64,000 bases of DNA. Origin: Pelagibacteraceae bacterium AG-337-G06 (GTDB lineage Bacteria; Pseudomonadota; Alphaproteobacteria; Pelagibacterales; AG-422-B15). Shown in pieces: positions 31,679 to 40,898 of the stretch (position 1 is the stretch's first letter; each line of letters begins with the position of its first letter). The translations under genes were made by a program, and so were the position numbers. The notes under the pieces were generated by a model. The model saw nothing but the letters and a program-made list of their open reading frames with translations. It was not told where the DNA came from and did not search any database. The DNA is taken from the NCBI GenBank assembly GCA_003282175.1, contig QBZX01000004.1:71853-135852 (forward strand). Reading direction: 5' to 3'.

Positions 31679-32992
31679 CTAGGCTGCGTCTAACGCATTC
31701 TTTAGGTCTTCGATGATGTCATCAATATGTTCAATGCCAATAGACAGTCTAACATAACTTGGGTTGACACCAGCAGCTTCCATATCTTCGTCAGAAAGCT
31801 GTGAGTGCGTAGTTGAAGCTGGATGAATTGCAAGACTTCTTGCATCACCTATGTTTGCAACATGATAAAACATATTTAAATTATTAATAAACTTCTCACC
31901 ACTAGCTTTACCACCTTTAAGTTCGATTCCACAAAGTGCACCATGACCACCTTTGAGATATTTATTTGCTCTATCTCCAGCTTCACCTTCGTCAAGCCCA
32001 GCATAAATTACTCTAGATACCTTATTATGACTTGAGAGGTATTCAGCAACTTTAGCTGCATTAGAACAGTGTTTTTCCATTCTCAGTGAAACTGTTTCTA
32101 GGCCTTGTATAATATTGAATGCACTTTGAGGACTCAAAGCTGCACCTATATCTCTTAATCCAACAAATCTTGCTCTAACTATATAGGCAATTGGACCAAC
32201 AGCTTTTGCAAATTCTGTCCAAACCATGCCATGATAACTTGGGTCAGGATCATTTAAGGCAGGTTGTCTTTTAGGGTCCTTACCCCAATCAAACTTACCA
32301 CTATCAACAATAATTCCCCCAATAGTCGTTCCATGTCCACCAATAAATTTAGTTAATGAATGAACAACAATGGTAGCCCCGTGTTCTATTGGCTTACATA
32401 TTACTGGCGCTGCAGTGTTATCAACGATCAATGGAATATTATATTCGTCTCCTATATCTGCAACTTCACGAATTGGAAATACTTTTAACTTGGGATTTGG
32501 AAGGGTCTCAGCATAGTATGCCCTCGTATTATCATCAGTTAATTTCCTAAAACTCTCTGGATCTTTTGGATCAGCAAACCTAACTTCAATTCCAAGATCC
32601 TTCATTGTATTAGCGAATAAGTTCCAAGTACCTCCATATAAATCAGTAGAACTAACAATATTATCACCAGCTTTCACTAAGTTTTGGATACTAAGCATAG
32701 AAGCAGATTGTCCTGAACTCACACAGAGAGCGCCCACGCCACCTTCCATTGCAGCAACTCTTTTTTCAAGAACATCAACAGTTGGGTTCATAATTCTTGT
32801 GTAAATGTTCCCAAAGTCCTTTGCTCCAAATAAGTTAGCAGCATGTTCAGTATTATGAAATTGATACGAAGTTGTTTGATATATAGGCACTGCTACAGAT
32901 GTTGTTGATGGATCACTTCTATAGTCTCCGCCATGTAAAGCTATTGTCTCAGGATTAACTGAGTCCGCTGGTACAAATTTATTTTTAGCCAT
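31679..32992 (-). CDS. metY: O-acetylhomoserine sulfhydrylase (Cys/Met PLP-dependent family)
   Basis: PIYQTTSY, YTRIMNPT, VDNT, HSLTKFIGGHG, ANIGDARSL, HPASTTHSQL and RLSIGIE. Confidence 0.93.
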   Translation of the reverse strand: MAKNKFVPADSVNPETIALHGGDYRSDPSTTSVAVPIYQTTSYQFHNTEHAANLFGAKDFGNIYTRIMNPTVDVLEKRVAAMEGGVGALCVSSGQSASMLSIQNLVKAGDNIVSSTDLYGGTWNLFANTMKDLGIEVRFADPKDPESFRKLTDDNTRAYYAETLPNPKLKVFPIREVADIGDEYNIPLIVDNTAAPVICKPIEHGATIVVHSLTKFIGGHGTTIGGIIVDSGKFDWGKDPKRQPALNDPDPSYHGMVWTEFAKAVGPIAYIVRARFVGLRDIGAALSPQSAFNIIQGLETVSLRMEKHCSNAAKVAEYLSSHNKVSRVIYAGLDEGEAGDRANKYLKGGHGALCGIELKGGKASGEKFINNLNMFYHVANIGDARSLAIHPASTTHSQLSDEDMEAAGVNPSYVRLSIGIEHIDDIIEDLKNALDAA

Positions 32993-33168
32993 TTCTTTAT
33001 AATTCCCTTATTAATTTTTTAATCGATGATAATTGCTGTAAAAGTCTGCAAACTACAATTACATCGACATAAAATTTAATACCCGTTTAAAGATTATGTA
33101 AACTTATATATAAAGTACTATAGTACCATCTGTTAAAATATTGATTCAATTAAGGAAATATATAATGA

Positions 33169-33197
33169 TTGACAAATAAATGAGTTATTATTATTAA
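33169..33197 (+). promoter_or_regulatory. Putative sigma70 promoter of rplM-rpsI
   Basis: TTGACA (33169-33174), 17-nt spacer, TATTAA (33192-33197). Confidence 0.6.
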
Positions 33198-33205
33198 CTT
33201 CGCAT

Positions 33206-33670
33206 ATGACTACATCAAAAATATTAAAACAGACAAAGTCCCTAGCTAAGGAAGATCTTAATAAAAATTGGCTGATTGTTGACGCTGAAAATATTGTCTT
33301 AGGTAGATTGGCATCTGCAGTATCTAAAATCTTAAGAGGTAAACATAAGCCAAGTTATACACCTCATGCTGATTGTGGAGATAACGTAGTAATAGTTAAT
33401 GCTGAAAAAGTTAAATTAACAGGAAATAAGCTAGAAGATAAGGTATATTATCGTCATACAGGCTATCCTGGAGGCATTAAATCTATTACAGCTAAAAAAG
33501 TTCTCGAAGGAAAGAACCCTGACAGACTAGTAAGACTTGCAGTTAAAAGAATGATACCCTCAGGTCCTTTAGGTCGTAAACAGTTATCAAATATGAAGGT
33601 ATATGTTGGGAGCAATCATCCGCATGAAGCTCAAAACCCTAAATCATTAAATATAAAAGAGTTAATATAG
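33206..33670 (+). CDS. rplM: 50S ribosomal protein L13
   Basis: [35 protein letters not shown] and HPHEAQNP. Confidence 0.98.
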   Translation: MTTSKILKQTKSLAKEDLNKNWLIVDAENIVLGRLASAVSKILRGKHKPSYTPHADCGDNVVIVNAEKVKLTGNKLEDKVYYRHTGYPGGIKSITAKKVLEGKNPDRLVRLAVKRMIPSGPLGRKQLSNMKVYVGSNHPHEAQNPKSLNIKELI

Positions 33671-33672
33671 TA

Positions 33673-34131
33673 ATGAGTGATACTGCAAATACTGAAACTA
33701 TTGTTAAAAGCGAAACTACTGAAGTTCAACCAGTTTTAGATAAGTTAGGACGATCTTACGCTACTGGTAAAAGAAAAAATGCCGTAGCAAGAGTCTGGAT
33801 CAAGTCAGGATCAGGCAAAATAATTATAAACGGAAAAGAATTGGACAAATATTTTTTAAGACCAGTTCTAAGTATGCTAGTTAATCAACCATTAGTATTA
33901 ACTGATAAAAAGCTTGCAGTAGATACGACCGTAACTGTTAGTGGTGGAGGTCTGTCAGGACAAGCTGGAGCAGTTAGACATGGTATTTCAAAAGCTCTTA
34001 CACTTTTTGATCCAAACTTAAGACCTGCTCTAAAGACCGAAGGTCTTCTGACACGAGATTCAAGAATCGTTGAAAGAAAAAAATACGGTAGACGAAAAGC
34101 TCGAAGAAGATTTCAGTTTTCTAAACGATAG
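33673..34131 (+). CDS. rpsI: 30S ribosomal protein S9
   Basis: [38 protein letters not shown] and QFSKR. Confidence 0.98.
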   Translation: MSDTANTETIVKSETTEVQPVLDKLGRSYATGKRKNAVARVWIKSGSGKIIINGKELDKYFLRPVLSMLVNQPLVLTDKKLAVDTTVTVSGGGLSGQAGAVRHGISKALTLFDPNLRPALKTEGLLTRDSRIVERKKYGRRKARRRFQFSKR

Positions 34132-34191
34132 TTTCGAAGTCTTAAGCTGGATTTCATAAAGTCTATCAATTAATAATTTTAAATTTGTAAA

Positions 34192-35196
34192 ATGAAAAAT
34201 GTAGTAATATTAGGTGCTAGTGGATTTGTTGGCTATGAACTTTATAATATGTGTAAAGCCCATCCAAATATAAATCTATCAGCCTTGTCTGCTAATAAAT
34301 CAGCTGGAGAATTGGTTGATGATAAAGAATTAGAGCAATCACTTAGATATCAAAAAATTGAGAATATAGACTTTGAGAATATTGATTTTATTTTCAATTG
34401 TTTACCTAATATGCAGATGCATAAATTAATTCATAATCTTAATAAAAATATAAGAATTATCGACCTTTCAATTGACTTCAGGCTGGATGAAAAGGAAGAA
34501 TATAAAAATTGGTATAATTTTGATCATGAAAGTTTTGAATTAAATGAAAATTTTCAATTTGGCCTTACAGAATTTAATAGGGAGAGTATAAAAGAAAGTA
34601 AACATGTTGCTAATCCAGGGTGTTATGCAACAAGTGTATTAGTTCCATTAATAGAATTGGTTTCAAAGGATGCAATTGAGCAAGATGATATTATAATTGA
34701 TGCAAAATCTGGATATTCTGGCGCAGGAAAAACAAAGCCCAAGCATGAGCTCATAAAGGAAGTAAGTGAAAATATTGCAACATATGGAGTTGGTGACCAT
34801 AAGCACATAGCTGAAATAAATCAGGAGTTATCAAAAAATACTAAAAATAAAGTTGAAGTTTTTTTTGCTGCAAATCTAATACCAGTTGAAAGAGGTATCT
34901 TAAGTAATATTTATGTAAACCTTAATAATAAAACATTAAATGAACTTTATGAAATTTTAGTTGAACGATTTAAAGAAGAGAAATTTATTGAAGTACTTCC
35001 GATAGGTGATATTCCCAAAACTAAAGATGTAGTTGGTACAAATAATTTAGTAATTGGTTTAAAAAAAGGCTATAAAGAAAATAAAATCTGTATAGTTAGT
35101 GCTTTAGATAATCTCTTAAAAGGTGCAGCAGGACAGGCGATACAAAATTTTAACGTAATGAATGATTTTGATGAAGGTGAAGGGATATTAAAGTGA
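34192..35196 (+). CDS. argC: N-acetyl-gamma-glutamyl-phosphate reductase
   Basis: GASGFVG, DLSIDFR, ANPGCY, SGYSGAG, HKH..EI and DNLLKGAAGQA. Confidence 0.95.
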   Translation: MKNVVILGASGFVGYELYNMCKAHPNINLSALSANKSAGELVDDKELEQSLRYQKIENIDFENIDFIFNCLPNMQMHKLIHNLNKNIRIIDLSIDFRLDEKEEYKNWYNFDHESFELNENFQFGLTEFNRESIKESKHVANPGCYATSVLVPLIELVSKDAIEQDDIIIDAKSGYSGAGKTKPKHELIKEVSENIATYGVGDHKHIAEINQELSKNTKNKVEVFFAANLIPVERGILSNIYVNLNNKTLNELYEILVERFKEEKFIEVLPIGDIPKTKDVVGTNNLVIGLKKGYKENKICIVSALDNLLKGAAGQAIQNFNVMNDFDEGEGILK

Positions 35197-35387
35197 AAAA
35201 AATTAATTTATTAGTTATATTTTTATTATCATCTTTTCTATTTATTAGCTGTTCAAAAATTGAAAATTTTTCTTTTTATGAGTACTTCATAAATCCAGAT
35301 ATTTCTGACATTGATATGGGTAATGATATATCAAGTGATAAACCTGATATTGAGAGCGTTCCTGAAAAGGTAGTAATCAATGAGTAA
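35193..35387 (+). CDS. Hypothetical small lipoprotein
   Basis: Basic N-terminus, hydrophobic core and FISC lipobox; start and stop overlap argC and hom. Confidence 0.65.
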   Translation: MKKINLLVIFLLSSFLFISCSKIENFSFYEYFINPDISDIDMGNDISSDKPDIESVPEKVVINE

Positions 35388-36669
35388 AGTTCTGGGTATA
35401 GGCATAGCAGGATTAGGAACTGTTGGAACAGGTTTTTTGAAGCAACTAAAAGGTTTGAAAACCAAGTCAATAAGATCAGCCAATATAAAGGTTATCAAAA
35501 TTGCAGTTAAAAGTCTCAAAAAGAAGAGAGATCTTCCTATTAAACAATTACCTTTGACTTCAAATACATTGAGTCTTGCAGAAGATGACTCCATTGATGT
35601 TGTTATTGAATTAATTGGTGGCTCAAAAGGGATTGCCTATAATTTAGTAAAGAAATCTCTAAAAAATAAAAAGCACGTTATTACTGCAAACAAAGCACTT
35701 ATGGCAATGCATGGTAATGAATTAGCTAAGATCGCAGAAAAAAATAATGTATCACTAAATTATGAGGCTGCTATTGCTGGAGGAATTCCGATTGTTAAAG
35801 CAGTAAGAGAAAATTTACGCTTCAACAAGATTAAGAAAATATATGGAATACTTAACGGCACATGTAACTATATTTTGACTAAGATGGATAGGAATCTTGG
35901 AGATTTTAAAGATGTGCTTAGCGATGCACAAAAGAAAGGGTTTGCTGAACTTGATCCTACCTTTGATATTGAAGGGATAGATGCAGCTCATAAAATTACT
36001 CTTTTATCATGTCTGGCATTTGATGTACCAATAAGTTTTAGTTCAACATATATTGAAGGTATTTCAAAAATTGATACCAAAGATTTTAAATATGCAAGCG
36101 AATTTGGTTATGTAATCAAATTACTTGCAGTCAGCTCAAAGGTTAGCAACAAAGTTGAACAAAGAGTCCATCCATGTTTTGTTAAACAAGCGTCAGATAT
36201 AGCTAAAGTAGAGAATGAGTTAAATGCAGTAATCGTTGAGGACAATGTTATCGGTAAAAACATGTTTCAAGGACCAGGTGCAGGCGCAGGTCCCACAGGA
36301 GCATCGGTAATGTCTGATTTAATGGAAATTGTAAGAGGTACAATTAATTTCCCATTAGGCTCATCAATTGATGCAAAGAAAAAAATTACTTTTCAAAAAA
36401 TTGAAAATTTATCATTTCCATATTACGTAAGAATCGTGGGCAAGGATCGTGCAGGCGTTATGGCAAAAATTTCAAGAGCTTTATCTAAAAAAGGCATATC
36501 TATTAAAAGCATTATCCAAAAACCATCTAATAAGACAAAATATGCGGAAATAATTTTAATTACGCACAAAGTTAAGGAATCGTCTCTGAAAGTTGCGTTA
36601 AATCAAATTAAAAGATTACCAGAAGTTGCAGCATCTGCTAAATTCATCAGAATCGAAGATTCGTTATGA
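35380..36669 (+). CDS. hom: Homoserine dehydrogenase with ACT domain
   Basis: GLGTVG, VITANKA, EAAIAGGIP, NGTCNYIL, DIEGIDAAHK and GPGAG. Confidence 0.96.
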   Translation: MSKVLGIGIAGLGTVGTGFLKQLKGLKTKSIRSANIKVIKIAVKSLKKKRDLPIKQLPLTSNTLSLAEDDSIDVVIELIGGSKGIAYNLVKKSLKNKKHVITANKALMAMHGNELAKIAEKNNVSLNYEAAIAGGIPIVKAVRENLRFNKIKKIYGILNGTCNYILTKMDRNLGDFKDVLSDAQKKGFAELDPTFDIEGIDAAHKITLLSCLAFDVPISFSSTYIEGISKIDTKDFKYASEFGYVIKLLAVSSKVSNKVEQRVHPCFVKQASDIAKVENELNAVIVEDNVIGKNMFQGPGAGAGPTGASVMSDLMEIVRGTINFPLGSSIDAKKKITFQKIENLSFPYYVRIVGKDRAGVMAKISRALSKKGISIKSIIQKPSNKTKYAEIILITHKVKESSLKVALNQIKRLPEVAASAKFIRIEDSL

Positions 36670-37616
36670 CCATTATATCAACACAATATGCATCAGGAAT
36701 AGTTGCGGCAACTGAAAAAGCAGCGATTGCTTCGTCTATGTTAATTGGTCTTGGAGATGAAAAAGCAGCAGATCAAAAAGCAGTGGACGCAATGAGAACT
36801 GCATTAAATCAAATTGATTTTAAGGGAAGAATAGTGATTGGTGAGGGCGAGAGAGATGAAGCGCCCATGTTATACATAGGAGAAGAAGTTGGCACAGGAA
36901 GGAATCATGAAGTTGATATAGCTTTAGATCCTCTTGAAGGGACTACAATTACTGCAAAAGGTATGCCTAATTCTTTATCCGTAATTGCAGCTGCTCAAAG
37001 GGGCGGACTTTTATATGCGCCTGATACCTATATGAATAAAATCGCGGTTGGGGGAAATCTTCCAGATGATATTATTGATTTAGACGCAACTACAAAAGAG
37101 AATATACAGAGTATTGCTGATGCCAAAAAAGTTCCAATAAATGAAGTTACAGCATGCGTTTTAGAACGATCTCGTCATGATATTATTATCGAAGATCTTA
37201 GGTCAATTGGGGCAAAAATAGTTTTAATTCCCGATGGAGATGTGGCTGGCATTATTATGACCACTCAGGAACATAGTTCTGTAGATATTTATATGGGTGT
37301 AGGAGGAGCTCCTGAAGGTGTACTTGCAGCTGCAGCATTGCAATGTATTGGTGGCCAAATGCAAACAAGACTTGTAATAAACAATGAAGATGAAAAAATC
37401 AGAGCTGAAAAGATAGGTATAAAAGACTTAAACAAAAAATACTCACTTGATGAGCTGGCTCATGGGGATATTATTTTTTCAGCAACAGGTGTAACCGAAG
37501 GAACAATGGTAAGAGGAGTAAGAACAAATCAAAATAAATATGTAACTCATTCTTTAGTGCTAAGAACGGGCGAGTCTTCGTCACAATACATAGAAACATA
37601 TCACGATATTAGTTGA
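36666..37616 (+). CDS. glpX: Fructose-1,6-bisphosphatase class II
   Basis: VIGEGERDEAPMLYIGE, DPLEGT, DGDVAG, GAPEGV and FSATGVT. Confidence 0.96.
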   Translation: MTIISTQYASGIVAATEKAAIASSMLIGLGDEKAADQKAVDAMRTALNQIDFKGRIVIGEGERDEAPMLYIGEEVGTGRNHEVDIALDPLEGTTITAKGMPNSLSVIAAAQRGGLLYAPDTYMNKIAVGGNLPDDIIDLDATTKENIQSIADAKKVPINEVTACVLERSRHDIIIEDLRSIGAKIVLIPDGDVAGIIMTTQEHSSVDIYMGVGGAPEGVLAAAALQCIGGQMQTRLVINNEDEKIRAEKIGIKDLNKKYSLDELAHGDIIFSATGVTEGTMVRGVRTNQNKYVTHSLVLRTGESSSQYIETYHDIS

Positions 37617-37619
37617 TAG

Positions 37620-39401
37620 ATGTCCGATAATGAATTAAGCGTCGATATACAATCATTAACAAATAAAAACTGGAAACTTAAAGAATATAACGATCGTCAA
37701 ATAGATTTGATTTCACAGAAATATGGATTGAGTAGATTAGTTTCAAAGTTATTAAATATAAGAAATATATCGGAACAAGACATACCAAGTTATATAAATC
37801 CATCTTTAAAAGAAAGTTTACCTGATCCATATAATTTAGTAGATATGGAAAAATCATGTGACCGACTGTACAAAGCTATTTTAGCTAATGAAAAGATAGC
37901 AGTATTTGGAGATTATGATGTAGACGGCTCAACCTCTGCGTCATTATTAATAAATTATTTTAAGAAACTATCTATAGATCTTGATTTTCATATACCCAAT
38001 AGATTTACAGAAGGCTATGGGCCCAGTAAGGAGGTATTTTCTAAATTTAAAGATAAAGGGGTCAAAGTTATTTTTACAGTTGATTGTGGAACAATGTCTC
38101 ACGAAGAGATTGAATTTGCCAATCAAAACAAGCTTGATATTGTTGTGTTGGATCACCACCAGCCAGAAATTAATCTTCCCAAAGCATTTGCATTGATAAA
38201 TCCAAACAGAATTGATGATACATCAGGATTAAATTATTTAGCTGCTGTAGGAGTAACGTATATGTTTATCATTGGTATGAACAGAAAACTAAGGAATGAA
38301 GAATGGTTTGAAAAAAGTCAAATAGAAGAACCTAATCTTATTTCATTTCTTGATGTTGCCGCTCTAGGAACGGTATGTGACGCTGTTCCATTAAAAGGTT
38401 TAAATCGTATTTTAGTTAATAAAGGTTTAGAGGTGATGCAGAAATTTAATAATCCAGGATTACGAGCTTTAGCAGAAAAATCTAATATAAAGCATAAGGT
38501 GTCTGTTTATGATTTGGGTTTTAAATTGGGCCCCCGTATAAACGCCGCAGGCAGACTTGGAAGGTCAAGTTTTGGGACAGATTTGTTGACAGCAAGTGAG
38601 AAACTAGAAGCTGATCAGATTTCAGAAGAATTAAATAAATTTAACTCTGAACGAAGAACTATTGAAAGTTATGTATTAGATCAGGCTATTGAACAAGTAA
38701 CTAAGCAAAAACTTAATAATAAAGTTTTGATTGTCTATGGTGAGGGTTGGCATGAAGGAGTAATAGGAATTATTGCTAGTCGTTTAAAAGATAAATTTAA
38801 TAAACCTACTATTGTATTTGCAATTAACGATGACATTGCTAAGGGGTCTGGTAGATCCTTAAAAGGAATTGACTTAGGAAGCTTAGTGGTCGCTGCTCAG
38901 CAAAGTCAATTAATTTTAAAGGGTGGCGGTCATGCGATGGCTGCAGGTCTAACAATGGAAAAAAATAAAATAGATGAACTAAGTCAATTTATTGAAAAGA
39001 GATTAAAGAAGGTTGACGAAATCCAATCAAACTTTTCCACCATGCTTGCTGATGACAAACTTAGTATTTCAGCAGTAAACTTGGAAGTATACAATGAGAT
39101 TGAAAAAGTTGGACCATTTGGTTCAGAGAATCCTGAACCAAATTTTATATTTGAAAATATTAAACTTGCCTCTGTGGACCAGATTGGAGAAGATCATCTT
39201 AAATGTCTCATTAAATCAAATGGAAGCTCGTTCATTGAGGCAATGGCATTTAGAAGTTTAAACACAAAGCTCGGAGATGAATTAAAAAAGAATAAAGGTG
39301 AAAATATTTCAATATTTGGTAAGATAAAAATAAATGAATGGAATGGTAGAAAAACTCCTCAACTGCATATAATTGATATAGCGAATTCCCAAATAAACTA
39401 A
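37620..39401 (+). CDS. recJ: Single-stranded-DNA exonuclease RecJ
   Basis: GDYDVDG, TVDCG, DHH, GPRINAAGR, KGSGRS and GGHAMAAG. Confidence 0.97.
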   Translation: MSDNELSVDIQSLTNKNWKLKEYNDRQIDLISQKYGLSRLVSKLLNIRNISEQDIPSYINPSLKESLPDPYNLVDMEKSCDRLYKAILANEKIAVFGDYDVDGSTSASLLINYFKKLSIDLDFHIPNRFTEGYGPSKEVFSKFKDKGVKVIFTVDCGTMSHEEIEFANQNKLDIVVLDHHQPEINLPKAFALINPNRIDDTSGLNYLAAVGVTYMFIIGMNRKLRNEEWFEKSQIEEPNLISFLDVAALGTVCDAVPLKGLNRILVNKGLEVMQKFNNPGLRALAEKSNIKHKVSVYDLGFKLGPRINAAGRLGRSSFGTDLLTASEKLEADQISEELNKFNSERRTIESYVLDQAIEQVTKQKLNNKVLIVYGEGWHEGVIGIIASRLKDKFNKPTIVFAINDDIAKGSGRSLKGIDLGSLVVAAQQSQLILKGGGHAMAAGLTMEKNKIDELSQFIEKRLKKVDEIQSNFSTMLADDKLSISAVNLEVYNEIEKVGPFGSENPEPNFIFENIKLASVDQIGEDHLKCLIKSNGSSFIEAMAFRSLNTKLGDELKKNKGENISIFGKIKINEWNGRKTPQLHIIDIANSQIN

Positions 39402-39446
39402 TCAGTTATTGATTTCATATTATTATTAGATATATAAATGGCATAA

Positions 39447-39522
39447 GGTCCCTTCGTCTAGCGGTTAGGATATCTGGTTTTCATCCAGAAGATCACGGGT
39501 TCGAATCCCGTAGGGACCGCCA
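39447..39522 (+). tRNA. tRNA-Glu(TTC)
   Basis: GGTCCCT/AGGGACC acceptor, anticodon arm TCTGG-TTTTCAT-CCAGA, GGTTCGAATCC, encoded CCA. Confidence 0.96.
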
Positions 39523-39596
39523 AATCTGTGACAATATGTCAATAAAAATTCAAAAATACCTATTTAAAATATGCTTTTAGCCATTATCTGTGATGT

Positions 39597-40259
39597 ATGA
39601 ATAATAAGATGTTTTCTCATTATCAGCCTAGAAATTTAAGTGATAAAATTGCCCTTTTATTCACTAAAATGCTAAGGCTATTCGCCGATCTTTTTTTTAA
39701 GAAGAGATATGGGCACCGCGCTGTAATTTTAGAGACAGTTGCTGCCGTGCCCGGAATGGTTGCAGGTATGTTAAATCACTTAAAAAGTCTTAGAAAGATG
39801 CAAGAGGGTAGAGGTTGGATTAAAACTCTCCTAGATGAAGCTGAGAATGAAAGAATGCATTTAATGACATTCATCAACATTGCAAAACCATCTGCATTTG
39901 AGAGATTTTTAGTAATATTTGTTCAAGGAATATTTTTTAACTTGTACTTCATTATGTATTTAGTTTCTCCTCGTACGTGCCACCGAATCGTTGGGTACTT
40001 TGAAGAGCAAGCTATAATAAGTTATACAGAATACTTGGATGAAATTGATAGTGGCAATATTAAAAATACACCTGCACCAAAAATTGCAATAGATTATTGG
40101 AATCTATCTAAATTTGCCAAACTAAGAGATGTCATTATAGCAGTTAGAGAAGACGAAATGGGTCACAGAGATGTTAATCATGAATTTGTTTCTATTTTAG
40201 ATAATGAGGTTCCAAATAAAAATTTAATTAGAACTAAGGAATTAAAATCTAAGAAGTAA
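39597..40259 (+). CDS. aox: Alternative oxidase (di-iron ubiquinol oxidase)
   Basis: [28 protein letters not shown] and [12 protein letters not shown] di-iron motifs. Confidence 0.95.
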   Translation: MNNKMFSHYQPRNLSDKIALLFTKMLRLFADLFFKKRYGHRAVILETVAAVPGMVAGMLNHLKSLRKMQEGRGWIKTLLDEAENERMHLMTFINIAKPSAFERFLVIFVQGIFFNLYFIMYLVSPRTCHRIVGYFEEQAIISYTEYLDEIDSGNIKNTPAPKIAIDYWNLSKFAKLRDVIIAVREDEMGHRDVNHEFVSILDNEVPNKNLIRTKELKSKK

Positions 40260-40287
40260 TTACCTATAACTCATCAATTAATCTATT

Positions 40288-40701
40288 ATGTTACAATTTG
40301 GAATATTCTTACACTCACTAGTAGTGGGTTTTATGATTTTCTTTATGGCTGTAGTCTCACCTGTAATTTTTAAGATACTTGATGAAACTAACTCAGGAGC
40401 ATTTCTAAGACAGCTTTTTCCACGCATGTTTTTGTACGGATTAATTGTAATGCTACTTGCAACTCTAAGCACCTTAAGTAGCCAGCTAGATATTTATTGG
40501 ATTATTTCAGCTTTCTCATCCACATTCTTTGCAATAAATCTCTATATAATTACACCCAAAATAAACTATTATCGAGATGAAGCAAAAATAGGAAGTCCTC
40601 TGTCTGAAAAAAAATTTAAACAATTTCATTTACTTTCAGTGGTACTCTTTATTTTACAGCTATTAGGCTCATTATATTTATTATTTATTTATTTTTATTA
40701 G
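40288..40701 (+). CDS. DUF4149 / TMEM205-like membrane protein
   Basis: Four TMs, FLRQLFPRMF, TPKIN and KFKQFHLLSV. Confidence 0.75.
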   Translation: MLQFGIFLHSLVVGFMIFFMAVVSPVIFKILDETNSGAFLRQLFPRMFLYGLIVMLLATLSTLSSQLDIYWIISAFSSTFFAINLYIITPKINYYRDEAKIGSPLSEKKFKQFHLLSVVLFILQLLGSLYLLFIYFY

Positions 40702-40709
40702 GAGTAACT

Positions 40710-40895
40710 ATGAAGATTTTAAAAACATTTGATAATGCAAAACTTATTATTGTCGAACTTGAAGTTAATATGGGTGATAAAAAAAGGAGCGCACCTACAT
40801 TATGTGCGTCAATTGATGACAAAATAATTCCTTTAAGTTCCGCTCATGATGGTAGGCCAATACTAATGAACCTAGATAATGCTCTGCAGCAATAA
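40710..40895 (+). CDS. Hypothetical 61-aa protein
   Basis: AGGAG SD upstream of the ATG; fills the gap between two genes exactly. Confidence 0.75.
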   Translation: MKILKTFDNAKLIIVELEVNMGDKKRSAPTLCASIDDKIIPLSSAHDGRPILMNLDNALQQ

Positions 40896-40898
40896 TGC

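Noticed and set aside
19049-34171. Identical 13-mer AAGTCTATCAATT before rpiB (19049-19061) and argC (34159-34171)
   Set aside because: At this base composition roughly one such match is expected by chance among intergenic sequences. It is not palindromic and lacks the TTGAT half of an FNR box.
39529-39541. Inverted repeat TGACA-N3-TGTCA upstream of aox
   Set aside because: Five-bp arms are common by chance, the spacing does not fit RirA (TGA-N9-TCA), FNR or Irr boxes, and I saw no second copy. Worth revisiting only if conserved in relatives.
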